Assembly (NCBI GenBank): GCA_943354605.1
Contig: CALRCK010000003.1
Location: forward strand, 14,902-78,901
Source: Candidatus Uhrbacteria bacterium
Lineage (GTDB): Bacteria; Patescibacteriota; Patescibacteriia; UBA9934
Length of the DNA: 64,000 nt
Reading direction: 5' to 3'
Shown here: positions 29,875 to 38,531 of the stretch, in pieces
Layout: each line of letters begins with the position of its first letter
How positions within the stretch are numbered: the first letter of the stretch is position 1
The notes under the pieces: model-generated
Seen by the model: the letters and a program-made list of their open reading frames with translations, nothing else
Databases searched by the model: none
Told to the model about the DNA's origin: nothing
Program-made: the position numbers and the translations under genes

Positions 29875-30003
29875 CTACCGCGTCGGGGCGGCTGCAGCGT
29901 CTTTCCACCCAAGCACCCGTACCGCAACCTGCGGAAATACGCACATATCCTGATACAACGCCGCCCAGTCAAAAGTTCCGAACTCATCCGCCAGCTCCTG
30001 CCA
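29875..30003 (-). other. Distal att site plus stranded 3' segment of the integrase gene
   Basis: tRNA 3'-end copy GCTCCTGCCA; minus frame WQELADEFGTFDW...AAAAPTR* begins with the same TGG CAG G as the integrase tail. Confidence 0.75.
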
Positions 30004-30087
30004 ATAGCCGGTTTGGTGCTGGCAACCGGATTCCCATAGGACTCTCGACGGGTTCCTATGACCGGAGTCCCAGCCAAACCCGCTGTT

Positions 30088-30118
30088 AAAAACCCGTCAC
30101 CATGTGTGGCGGTTTTTT
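30088..30118 (+). terminator. Probable original tRNA-Trp terminator
   Basis: ccgtcac-catgt-gtggcgg-tttttt downstream of the displaced tRNA 3' end. Confidence 0.6.
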
Positions 30119-30132
30119 AACAGAAATGACTT

Positions 30133-30500
30133 ATGAACATCGAAACCGTAAGAAAACAGGTGGACGATATTGAGAATAAATTTCAACGGATGAAATCGAT
30201 CTCTGTAATAGACCCGATGATGCTCAGTGGGGACGCAGGAGGTGTGGCGCCTCAGTACTCCGGGAGAGAAAATATGTCTGAAATTGATGCGTCTAGGAAT
30301 GCCGAGCTCCATTCGCTTTGGAGTGAGATCGAAAGAAACCTACCGCCAGGTTTTTCGATAGATGGAAATTTACTTCGACATCTCTCTTTTAATGAAATTC
30401 GCGACTGGGATGATATTTCGAATTTGGATATTCCGAGGGAGCTCCAAAAGGTCAATGAGTATCGAAAAAAGTTGATACTCGTTGTATTTAGGAACGATGA
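30133..30500 (+). pseudogene. AT-rich ORF, apparently 3'-truncated
   Basis: Plausible N-terminal ~115 aa, then the frame runs antisense into the nitroreductase gene up to 30603. Confidence 0.45.
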
Positions 30501-30501
30501 A

Positions 30502-31134
30502 TTATTCAACAATCGAAATCGCGTCCGCAAACGCACGACGAACTTTAGGACGAACCGCTGCAGGATCCTCGCCGCGATATCCGAGAGCGAGCATAACAGT
30601 TGACGTGAGATTCTGCGACGGCAAATCGAGAATCGCATCAACTTCAACGGGATTGAATCCGCCCATTGGACCAGAATCCACACCAAGCTGCGCCGCGGTC
30701 GTCACCATAACACCAAGTGGGATGTACACCTGACCCATCACCCATGCATCGAGACTAGCATCGGTCTGTCCGGCAATGAATCCGTCCACCATGTTCTTCA
30801 GCCCCTCGAGCATAGAAGGATCAACACTTTGCGCTTTTACGGTTCGATCCACCAACTCTGGCGTCATTGCGGATCGTGCGTCAGTGCGACGAGCAATAAC
30901 GATGAGATGCGATGCGTCGGTGACTTTTGGCTGATCGTAGCTTGCTGCACGAAGCTTTACGCGGATCTCTGGATTCTTAACCACGATAAACTTCCATGGC
31001 TCGATGCCAAACGAGCTCGGCGCCAAACGACCGCTTTCAAGAATGATTTGCACATCCTCATCACTCACCTTCTTTGCTGGATCAAATACCCGCACCGCGT
31101 ACCGCCAGTTCAATGCCTTGATGATGTCGTTCAT
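30502..31134 (-). CDS. Nitroreductase family NAD(P)H-dependent oxidoreductase
   Basis: WRYAVRVFD, LAPSSFGIEPWKF, PMGGF, ALGYR, PKVR. Confidence 0.93.
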   Translation of the reverse strand: MNDIIKALNWRYAVRVFDPAKKVSDEDVQIILESGRLAPSSFGIEPWKFIVVKNPEIRVKLRAASYDQPKVTDASHLIVIARRTDARSAMTPELVDRTVKAQSVDPSMLEGLKNMVDGFIAGQTDASLDAWVMGQVYIPLGVMVTTAAQLGVDSGPMGGFNPVEVDAILDLPSQNLTSTVMLALGYRGEDPAAVRPKVRRAFADAISIVE

Positions 31135-31165
31135 AGAATGCGATTGTACAGAATATTCCCAGAAA

Positions 31166-31204
31166 AATAAACGACCCCTGGTTTTACGCCGGGGGCCGTT
31201 TATT
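31166..31204. terminator. Intrinsic terminator
   Basis: aataaacgacccctgg...ccgggggccgtttatt. Confidence 0.65.
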
Positions 31205-31213
31205 ATGATTTGT

Positions 31214-32422
31214 TTACCAACGACCAGGGCCGTTTGGATTGTAGCCGTTCGCAATTTCGAGGCCATCGTTGTAGCCATCGTTGTCGGAATCGGCGTCGAA
31301 ACGATTGGTCCAATGGATAGTCATTTCGGCGTAATCGGTAAGACCATCGCCGTCGGAGTCCAACTTGCCGACGCCATTCGGATCATAGCCATTCACGACT
31401 TCAGTGTAGTCTGAATATCCATCGCCGTCAGTATCGGAACTCAATGGGTTGGAGTACCACACAGACTCTTCATCCGCGTTCGTCAATCCGTCGCCATCAG
31501 TGTCCATGGCTGAAACGGCATTGCCGAGATTCTCTACCGCAGCTTCGTCATCATCGGACATATGATAGTCCTTGATATCCGTTGCGTTGGTTGGCAGAAC
31601 GATATTCGTTGGCTGATTGAAACTCTTGAAGAGCACCGAAATGCCAACGGTGGTGTACGACGTTGCGCTCTGTTGCACATGTACATTGAACGTAAACATT
31701 GCAGGGAGCATGTCGGCTGTATCGATCCAGAACGAACCATCAATCGTGACATGCTCTGCGAGATACGTACGTGCGGCATCTGCATCAGACGACGCGATCA
31801 TCTTTTTCTCCACGAGATAATCGACAAGATTGTCGGTATCAATGGTGTACGCATAACGCACCGCAGGCTTCTTGTTGATGAAGTCTACCGTTTCGTACTG
31901 ATACGTCACGATACCGCGATCAAACATGTCCTGAAGCGCAGACTGCATTTCCGCGATTCCCTCTTCAGTATCGGAAGCGGTTGGAAGCTCCGTTGAACCG
32001 GAACGTTTTGCGAAGTACCACGTGTTCCCGTCTTGGGAGAGATACACAGTGTCCTTTGCAAGAATCAACGACGCGTTGCCTTTGTTAAAGGCACCGTTCT
32101 GATCCGTCATCCATGCAGCAACGTCGAAGCGGCTATTTTCCGTTTCACTCGAAACACCATTAAGATCCAAATGAACCTTCACTGGCTGATTCATGCTCGA
32201 CGCATACGTTTCCACATCAACATCAACGCTAAAATCTACCGATGTTGCATTGGCAACATTCGTGAGAATTTCCGTAGACGAATCACTCAATTGGGATGTA
32301 CTCCCAAGACCCGCAAGAAGATCATCCGCGTTCAAAGAAGTAGCTGCCTGCGCGAACGACGCCGGCAATAACACCACACTCAAAACAGCGATGGAAACGA
32401 GCTTTTTGATAAGGTTTTTCAT
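31214..32422 (-). CDS. Secreted protein with LppX/LolA-like region and C-terminal Ca-binding (TSP3-like) repeats
   Basis: Signal peptide ending AQA; four D(T/S)D(G/N)DG(L/Y) repeats; start at MKNLIKK. Confidence 0.8.
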   Translation of the reverse strand: MKNLIKKLVSIAVLSVVLLPASFAQAATSLNADDLLAGLGSTSQLSDSSTEILTNVANATSVDFSVDVDVETYASSMNQPVKVHLDLNGVSSETENSRFDVAAWMTDQNGAFNKGNASLILAKDTVYLSQDGNTWYFAKRSGSTELPTASDTEEGIAEMQSALQDMFDRGIVTYQYETVDFINKKPAVRYAYTIDTDNLVDYLVEKKMIASSDADAARTYLAEHVTIDGSFWIDTADMLPAMFTFNVHVQQSATSYTTVGISVLFKSFNQPTNIVLPTNATDIKDYHMSDDDEAAVENLGNAVSAMDTDGDGLTNADEESVWYSNPLSSDTDGDGYSDYTEVVNGYDPNGVGKLDSDGDGLTDYAEMTIHWTNRFDADSDNDGYNDGLEIANGYNPNGPGRW

Positions 32423-32449
32423 GGGAATTGGCCAATAAATTAACCACGC

Positions 32450-32478
32450 AGTATAGCAAAAAAATTGCCAAAAGTCAA
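32450..32478 (-). promoter_or_regulatory. Sigma70-like promoter
   Basis: TTGACT-17-TATACT with TG extension. Confidence 0.7.
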
Positions 32479-32868
32479 GGAATTTGGCTAAGATAAGAGG
32501 CAAAATTGACTGAATCGGACCTGAATCTTTGAGGGTTGTGTGGACGTGTGGAAGGGAGCACGGGATATCGCGGCAAGGAACGATACCCTCGTTTTTTGGG
32601 GTTTTAAAACTGGGCAACGGCACGCGATCTGAGCCAGAAATCGATGAAAAGTGAAATCGATTTCGGAAATGCACGACCAGCGATCGTAGACGGCGCTATC
32701 GCCAACCTCGCAGATCACGAGAATCGCCCACCGTTTCCTTAATGCAAACGAGTTGCGTTAGCAAAATACCCTATTTGAAATCGAATACCCCCAGGCTCAC
32801 CGTTGGTGTGTCGCTGGTGCCATTCCATTCCCAACCCACTCAAAGGATCAGTCTCCCTCAATCCAAGA

Positions 32869-33870
32869 TCAGTTCAGATCCTCCAATAATTTCATCAGCC
32901 CAACTTCATGCACGTGAAGTAGTGGGTATTTCTTTCGCAGTGTTTCACGCGGCGCATGCCAGGTGAGTTTGCCTTTGGCGTACAACGAAAGCACGTCGGG
33001 ATGAATGTAAGATTTTTTACACACCGCAACGGTGTTGCCGAGTGCATCGGCGGCGCGCTGAACTGCGGCTTTGATGTCGTGCTGAACGTCGCGCTTCGTC
33101 GTTGCGACCGGCCGATCCCAAAGATACGACACCGCAATCACCGTGCCGTGCCACGTACGAAAATCTTTTGCGGTAATTTCTTCCTTTGAAATCAATTTCA
33201 AATAGTCGTTCACGTCCTCAGACTTCACATCGTGTGGCTTACCGTCGTGATCGAAGTATTCAAACAGCTTCTGGCCAGGAATGTCGTGACACGTTGCGAC
33301 AATCTTTCGCAATCGTTCGTCTTCAATGGGAAATTCATGTGCAATGCCGTCTTTGCCGTCGAACGCCAACTCCATATGCTCCCCCGCTCCTTTCACGTGT
33401 CGATTTCGGAGCGTAGTGAGCCCGAACGAGTGATTGTCTTGAGCGTATTCCTCGTTGCCGATGCGAATAAACGCCGTATCAAGTAATCGGACAATCGCTG
33501 CAAGCACTTTTTCTTTTGGCATTCCACGCAAACGGAGATCGGCCTCAACACGCCGACGAATACGAGGAAGCGATGCAACAAATTCACGCATGCGATGAAA
33601 CTTCCCTTCGTTCTGTTTTGCGATCCAGTCGGGATGATAGATATACTGCTTTCGATGTCGCGCGTCGAGCGCCGTTGCCTGAATGTGGCCATTCGCAAAC
33701 GGACAGATCCACACATTCGTGTACGCCGGAGGAATGCCCAATGAACGAATCCGATCGAGAATCTTGCGATCACGAATTCTCTTTCCGTTCTGGTCGCGAA
33801 ATACCACGCCAAACCAACCCTTTGCTCGGGTAAAACCGGGAATGTCGTCAGTGACGTATCGGAGTCGCAT
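32869..33870 (-). CDS. DNA topoisomerase IB (bacterial type)
   Basis: IPPAYTNVWI, RIGNEEY, GLTTLR, TAKDFRTW, VCKKSYIHP with catalytic Tyr. Confidence 0.95.
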   Translation of the reverse strand: MRLRYVTDDIPGFTRAKGWFGVVFRDQNGKRIRDRKILDRIRSLGIPPAYTNVWICPFANGHIQATALDARHRKQYIYHPDWIAKQNEGKFHRMREFVASLPRIRRRVEADLRLRGMPKEKVLAAIVRLLDTAFIRIGNEEYAQDNHSFGLTTLRNRHVKGAGEHMELAFDGKDGIAHEFPIEDERLRKIVATCHDIPGQKLFEYFDHDGKPHDVKSEDVNDYLKLISKEEITAKDFRTWHGTVIAVSYLWDRPVATTKRDVQHDIKAAVQRAADALGNTVAVCKKSYIHPDVLSLYAKGKLTWHAPRETLRKKYPLLHVHEVGLMKLLEDLN

Positions 33871-33910
33871 GGCCGTAGTATAGCAAGCACTGTTGTGCTA
33901 TATTTTTGGC

Positions 33911-34636
33911 ATGAAAAATCCTCAACGCATTCTCTTAAAACTCTCAGGCGAGCAGTTTGCAGGGGCGCAAAAGTTTGGCATTGATACCGACTTTATTCTT
34001 GGCCTGGCCGAGGAACTTTACGAAGTCGTCAAAGCGACCAGTGCGCAGATTGTCATTGTGGTTGGTGGAGGAAACTTTGTTCGCGGGGCCACACTTTCGA
34101 AAAACGAAGTCATGATCGAACGCGCAACAGCGGACTACATGGGTATGCTTGCGACGATTATGAACGGCATGGCGCTCGTGGATATTCTGGAACACTTTGG
34201 TCAGCCAGCTCGTTTACAGACGCGAATCAAAATCGACAGTGTCGCCGAACCGTTCATTCGCCGCCGTGCAATTCGGCATTTAGAAAAAGGCCGCATCGTC
34301 ATTATTGGTGGAGGCACCGGGAATCCGTACGTCACCACCGACACCGCCGCAGTCTCTACCGCGCTCGAACTTGGATGCGACATCGTGCTTAAGGCAACAA
34401 AGGTAGACGGCGTATATTCCAAGGACCCGACCAAACATACCGATGCGGTAAAGCTTCAGTCCATTTCGCACCTCGATGCTATTCGCGACGAAAATATTTC
34501 CGTCATGGACAACGCTGCCGTGAGCCTCGCGATGGACAACAACCTGCCAATCCGCGTATTCGATCTGCTCACCAAAGGAAACATCCAACGCATCGTGAAC
34601 GGGGAAAGCATTGGAACACTCGTCAGTAAGAGCTAA
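33911..34636 (+). CDS. pyrH: UMP kinase
   Basis: LLKLSGE, VGGGNFVRG, DYMGMLAT, GTGNPY.TTD, KVDGVY..DP. Confidence 0.98.
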   Translation: MKNPQRILLKLSGEQFAGAQKFGIDTDFILGLAEELYEVVKATSAQIVIVVGGGNFVRGATLSKNEVMIERATADYMGMLATIMNGMALVDILEHFGQPARLQTRIKIDSVAEPFIRRRAIRHLEKGRIVIIGGGTGNPYVTTDTAAVSTALELGCDIVLKATKVDGVYSKDPTKHTDAVKLQSISHLDAIRDENISVMDNAAVSLAMDNNLPIRVFDLLTKGNIQRIVNGESIGTLVSKS

Positions 34637-34649
34637 TACCTGATCAGGT

Positions 34650-34994
34650 ATGTCTATTGTTTCTCGCGAGTCTCTTCACGTTCCAACCCCCACCGTTGGA
34701 TCATTATCATGCGATGATCTTCGCGCCGCGCAACACGTAAACACCGCACCAATGCTCATCGATGTTCGCGAACTCGATGAGTGGAATGCTGGCCACATTC
34801 CCGGAGCCATTCACATTCCTCGCGGCATTCTTGAATTCAAGATTTCCGAAGTCGTGCCAAACCGAAACACACCAATCGTCCTCTACTGCCGAAGCGGTGG
34901 CCGAGCGACTGTTTCTGCGCACCAGCTCATCAGCTTTGGCTATACCAATGTCAAAAATCTTGAGGGAGGGTACCTCCAATATTCAAGCGCCTAG
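34650..34994 (+). CDS. Rhodanese-like domain protein
   Basis: LIDVRE..EW..GHIPGA, YCRSGGR, NLEGG. Confidence 0.93.
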   Translation: MSIVSRESLHVPTPTVGSLSCDDLRAAQHVNTAPMLIDVRELDEWNAGHIPGAIHIPRGILEFKISEVVPNRNTPIVLYCRSGGRATVSAHQLISFGYTNVKNLEGGYLQYSSA

Positions 34995-35869
34995 CCTGTA
35001 CACTTCGCCAAATAGCAGACAGGTTTTCCAACCGCCTGATGCTCCGGAAGTTTTGGAAACATGATCACGCCGTCGTGCTCCGTAACAACAGGCTCATCGT
35101 CGTGATACCCAAGAATGTCTCCTGATGCGATTGGCTCGAATGATGACATCCCCCGGCCTTCCGCAAAAGCAAACGACCGATCGTCACGCAGAATCGCTGC
35201 AACGATTTCATAAATTTTACCTTCGATACTCGGCGGCGCAATCTTCTCGCCAGAAAAAATTCTAACGTCGGTCAAATACCGAACCACCGATTCTGTCACC
35301 GCTGGAATAATTGATTCGTCGTTCACCCATCCTGTTTCAAAACACAGTCCAACTTTTTCAATACTGTCTGCATACTCATCGATAGTGACCGGTACTCCCC
35401 CTCCAAAAATATATGTCGGATCCGTCAGCACGCACGGTGGGTTGAACCATCGGAAAATATTCCGATGCGCGGCGTCGTTTCTTGCAATCGCAAATGGAAC
35501 GGATGGCTTGTTTGTTGCATGAATGTCGATCACAACGTCCGACGATTGAACAATACTTGCAATCATCCGTGCGCGCTGGAATTCTGTACTTCCGTCACCA
35601 TTCGCGAGCATCGAAGGCGAGAAATAGCGATTCAAATCGCGGCCATCAATTGCACGAATGTTCTGCGCAATCGCTTCCGGATTTCCAAGCATCAGCGTTA
35701 ACGTTCCCGAAACAACAGATCGGCGACCAGCAACGATATCGTCTCGAAGCGCTCGAACAACCGCAATTCCCGTTCGCTCATTTCCGTGCGTTCCGCCGAT
35801 AACCACAATCGACGGACCAGGAATTGATCCGGAAAACGAAATGATGCCGTTGTCAGGAAAGTCTTGCAT
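34991..35869 (-). CDS. Succinylglutamate desuccinylase/aspartoacylase family protein
   Basis: GGTHGNE, GNPEA, RDLNRYF, IDIH, ETG; start at MQDFPD. Confidence 0.88.
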   Translation of the reverse strand: MQDFPDNGIISFSGSIPGPSIVVIGGTHGNERTGIAVVRALRDDIVAGRRSVVSGTLTLMLGNPEAIAQNIRAIDGRDLNRYFSPSMLANGDGSTEFQRARMIASIVQSSDVVIDIHATNKPSVPFAIARNDAAHRNIFRWFNPPCVLTDPTYIFGGGVPVTIDEYADSIEKVGLCFETGWVNDESIIPAVTESVVRYLTDVRIFSGEKIAPPSIEGKIYEIVAAILRDDRSFAFAEGRGMSSFEPIASGDILGYHDDEPVVTEHDGVIMFPKLPEHQAVGKPVCYLAKCTG

Positions 35870-36016
35870 ACAAAACCGACAGTATCCGAAAACACTTCTT
35901 GACACAAGAAAACCTTCATGAGATCTTCGTAGAGTATGAACATGCAGTCCGCACGCTTGAGCGAAAAGAAGTCCAAGGGAAATTCCCTTGGCGCTTAACG
36001 TTGCACACTGCACGAG

Positions 36017-36049
36017 AAAGCGATCAAGGGAAACCTTGGTCGCTTTTTT
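36017..36049 (+). terminator. Terminator hairpin in the leader of the GNAT gene (possible attenuator)
   Basis: gcgatcaagg-gaaa-ccttggtcgc-tttttt about 60 nt upstream of the start codon. Confidence 0.7.
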
Positions 36050-36108
36050 GTTTGTACAAGAGTTCAGCACTCAGTGTCTCATCACTCACTGTTCGAGGGT
36101 CTCAGTAC

Positions 36109-36759
36109 ATGGAAGACGCCAAGATTCACGGCCTCCTCTCTGTGGTTGCGCAGGCAACCGCTTCATCTCACATCATCGTGAGCGGCACCACGATGGCACC
36201 GCTTCTCCCCAAGACCGCCGATGAGCTCTTCGCCTTCTGGCAACAAGGACTCTCTGCGATCGCTGTCCGTAACGGGCAAATCGTCGGTCATGCGGCCGTG
36301 GAGCCGCTCACGGAAGACTGGTTCGAACTCGGCGCTGTGTGGGTGCATCCCGATGTTCGAGGCCAAACCCTTGAGCGCAACGGATCGCACCCGCATGTGG
36401 GACTCCGCCTGTACCAGGCCATCCTGGAACGCCATCGCGAGAAGAACATTCTTGCTACCACCATCAACGCCGCGGCAATGGTGGTGGGCTGGCGCGTGGG
36501 CATGGTACCGATTGGCTACGATCAGCTCCCCCGACACGTATGGGAGGCGACGTGCTGCTGCCCGAGCCAGAAAACAGGAGTGTCTCGTAAGCAGAACGTG
36601 CCGCACTGCGGCATGCGTCAACAGACGTGCTTCGTGCGCGTCACTCGGGAAACATGGAATCGGCTAGACCGACCGGAACCGTGTGCTCTGCCGGTTCGCG
36701 CGCCGACCACCCTTGCCATCATCCCCCACGACGACATCGTCATCCTCCTCGCAGGATGA
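36109..36759 (+). CDS. GNAT family N-acetyltransferase (ArgA-like fold)
   Basis: IVGHAA, FELGAVWVHPDVRG; Cys-rich C-terminal part. Confidence 0.75.
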   Translation: MEDAKIHGLLSVVAQATASSHIIVSGTTMAPLLPKTADELFAFWQQGLSAIAVRNGQIVGHAAVEPLTEDWFELGAVWVHPDVRGQTLERNGSHPHVGLRLYQAILERHREKNILATTINAAAMVVGWRVGMVPIGYDQLPRHVWEATCCCPSQKTGVSRKQNVPHCGMRQQTCFVRVTRETWNRLDRPEPCALPVRAPTTLAIIPHDDIVILLAG

Positions 36760-36762
36760 CCA

Positions 36763-36803
36763 CGATCGGCTGCACCTTCGGGTGCGGCCGATTCGCTTTT
36801 TTT
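36763..36803 (+). terminator. Intrinsic terminator
   Basis: atcggctgcacc-ttcg-ggtgcggccgat followed by a T tract. Confidence 0.75.
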
Positions 36804-36895
36804 CAAACTCCAACTCTATCTATTCTCCAGCTTTACTGCTATGGTGCAACCTCAGATATGGTAGCCTGCTTTATGGCTCCAAAACGACCACTCGT

Positions 36896-37018
36896 ATGAC
36901 CGACGGCGAAGAAGTGACCACCACAACCGTTCCTCCAGTAGAGCCAGTTACAGCTCCAGAAACAGAGACAGGGGCTCCAGCAGAACCAGCTCCTGTATCA
37001 GAAGAAACCGTCGCGTAG
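36896..37018 (+). CDS. 40-aa acidic, Pro/Thr-rich small protein
   Basis: MTDGEEVTTTTVPPVEPVTAPETETGAPAEPAPVSEETVA followed by a terminator at 37030-37061. Confidence 0.55.
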   Translation: MTDGEEVTTTTVPPVEPVTAPETETGAPAEPAPVSEETVA

Positions 37019-37064
37019 TTCTTCATACCAAAAGCCCCGGCGAGGAATCGCTGGGGCTTTTGTA

Positions 37065-37322
37065 TTATGGATTCAACCGACTATTTCTGCGCTTCACCTT
37101 CATTTTACTTTGCGCGATCTGCTTTTGAAGCTGCTGAAGATCTTCAGAAATTTCCTCGATTGGTGCGCCCTTTCTCGATCGTCGCTCAATTTTTGCAATC
37201 CCTTGATTCGCCGAAGCCGTCACCGAATCCAGCCGCTGATGCATCTTCCCTCTGAGTCGAGTAAAAAGTCGACGATAATACCAGATGGTAACAATCTGTA
37301 CTACAATGAAAACTGAAAACAA
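37065..37322 (-). CDS. Hypothetical protein, possibly a 5'-truncated remnant
   Basis: TM segment then coiled coil; weak TTG start inside the neighbouring fragment. Confidence 0.4.
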   Translation of the reverse strand: MFSVFIVVQIVTIWYYRRLFTRLRGKMHQRLDSVTASANQGIAKIERRSRKGAPIEEISEDLQQLQKQIAQSKMKVKRRNSRLNP

Positions 37323-37519
37323 TAATTCGTACCAGATCCCCCAAGAAGATTCCCGGAGCTGCTCAGTAACCGACCTTGATGGTTCAAGATCTCCGGAACG
37401 CCAGCAGCCGCAGAGACATGAGGCACCGGAACAACAATTCCAGTTCCCCAGAAAACACCAAAAAGAATGGCACTACTAACCATCCTTTGGAAAAGCGATT
37501 TTCCCCCCTGTATTTCCAT
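37301..37519 (-). pseudogene. N-terminal fragment of a large secreted/surface protein
   Basis: Signal peptide then [34 protein letters not shown], then an abrupt stop. Confidence 0.55.
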
Positions 37520-37613
37520 AACACTATTATCCCATAGAAAAAGCTCCAGAGCCCAAAAGAATCCACAGGACGAAAGCAAAAATGATACTGAAAACACGAT
37601 AGAATATTCACAT

Positions 37614-38225
37614 ATGACGCCATGGACTCCCGATGAAAAAAATGTCATCAAACTCCTCAGCACGCCAGCAAAAATTCAAGACTTTTTGAACAGCCTTCGG
37701 TTTCGGATTGTTGGTGCAAACGAGACGTGCTATTCCCCCAGAATGGTCATGAAAAATCGTGAAGCACAGTGCATTGAAGGCGCGATGTTTGCCGCGGCGG
37801 CGCTTCGATTTCACGGATTTCGACCCCTCATTGTGGATCTTGTCTCCACCGTGCACGATCAGGATCATGTGATCGCCGTTTTTCAGATCGACGGATGTTG
37901 GGGCGCGATATCAAAGACGAACCACGGCGTTCTGCGGTATCGCGAACCCATTTACCGATCGATCCGCGAACTCGTCATGAGTTATTTTCACGAATACTTT
38001 CTCCAATTGAATCGAAAGAAAACCCTCCGAAGCTTTTCAAAGCCCATCGATCTCTCCAGATTTGACCCCCAGGAATGGGAAACACGCGAGGAACCGATCT
38101 GGTATATTCCTGAATATCTTCTCTCGATTCCCCACTCGCCGATTCTGAACCGATCGCAGATTGCACGACTCCGGATTGCCGACCCCATTGAGGCAAGGAT
38201 GACGGAAATCGTGGAATGGGAGTAA
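37614..38225 (+). CDS. Conserved hypothetical protein, transglutaminase/papain-like fold suspected
   Basis: [38 protein letters not shown]. Confidence 0.75.
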   Translation: MTPWTPDEKNVIKLLSTPAKIQDFLNSLRFRIVGANETCYSPRMVMKNREAQCIEGAMFAAAALRFHGFRPLIVDLVSTVHDQDHVIAVFQIDGCWGAISKTNHGVLRYREPIYRSIRELVMSYFHEYFLQLNRKKTLRSFSKPIDLSRFDPQEWETREEPIWYIPEYLLSIPHSPILNRSQIARLRIADPIEARMTEIVEWE

Positions 38226-38233
38226 TGGTCTCA

Positions 38234-38305
38234 GTCATGCTGAGCAAGGCGAAGCATCTCCGCAGGGAGATCCCGACGAAGATTCTTCGCTTTGCTCAGA
38301 ATGAC
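38234..38305. repeat. REP-like element GTCATGCTGAGC...GCTCAGAATGAC
   Basis: Terminal inverted repeats; second copy at 58323-58403. Confidence 0.85.
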
Positions 38306-38337
38306 GAATCAAGCCTAGGATGCTATAGTTTCTGTAT

Positions 38338-38490
38338 ATGGAATGTCCAAATTGTAAGCGAGGAATGAAGTACGTTCGCAGTGGAACCAATACATATGAA
38401 AGCATTCGGTACGACGAAGAAGTCTATCGCTGCCCGTACTGCTATTCGTACATCACCACGAGCGTTCCGCAGAAAAAAACAGCCGAATAA
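38338..38490 (+). CDS. 50-aa zinc-ribbon protein (not in the ORF track)
   Basis: MECPNCKRGM...YRCPYCYS; upstream TGCTATAGT -10 element, downstream terminator 38496-38521. Confidence 0.7.
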   Translation: MECPNCKRGMKYVRSGTNTYESIRYDEEVYRCPYCYSYITTSVPQKKTAE

Positions 38491-38531
38491 ACAACACTCC
38501 GAGCGAAATGCTCGGAGTTTTGGTTTCGCAT

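Larger units (their letters stand above)
23248..30003 (-). mobile_element. Integrative element at tRNA-Trp (serine recombinase, Rep, ImmA/XRE module)
   Basis: Bounded by GCCCCTGCCA (23248-23257) and GCTCCTGCCA (29994-30003); recombinase abuts the tRNA; typical mobile-element genes inside. Confidence 0.85.

Noticed and set aside
23248-30003. Prophage call for the element
   Set aside because: No capsid, terminase, tail, Zot-like ATPase or lysis genes recognisable.
31240-31510. Repeats in the secreted-protein gene as DGR template/variable repeats
   Set aside because: Explained by Ca-binding peptide repeats; no reverse transcriptase in the window.
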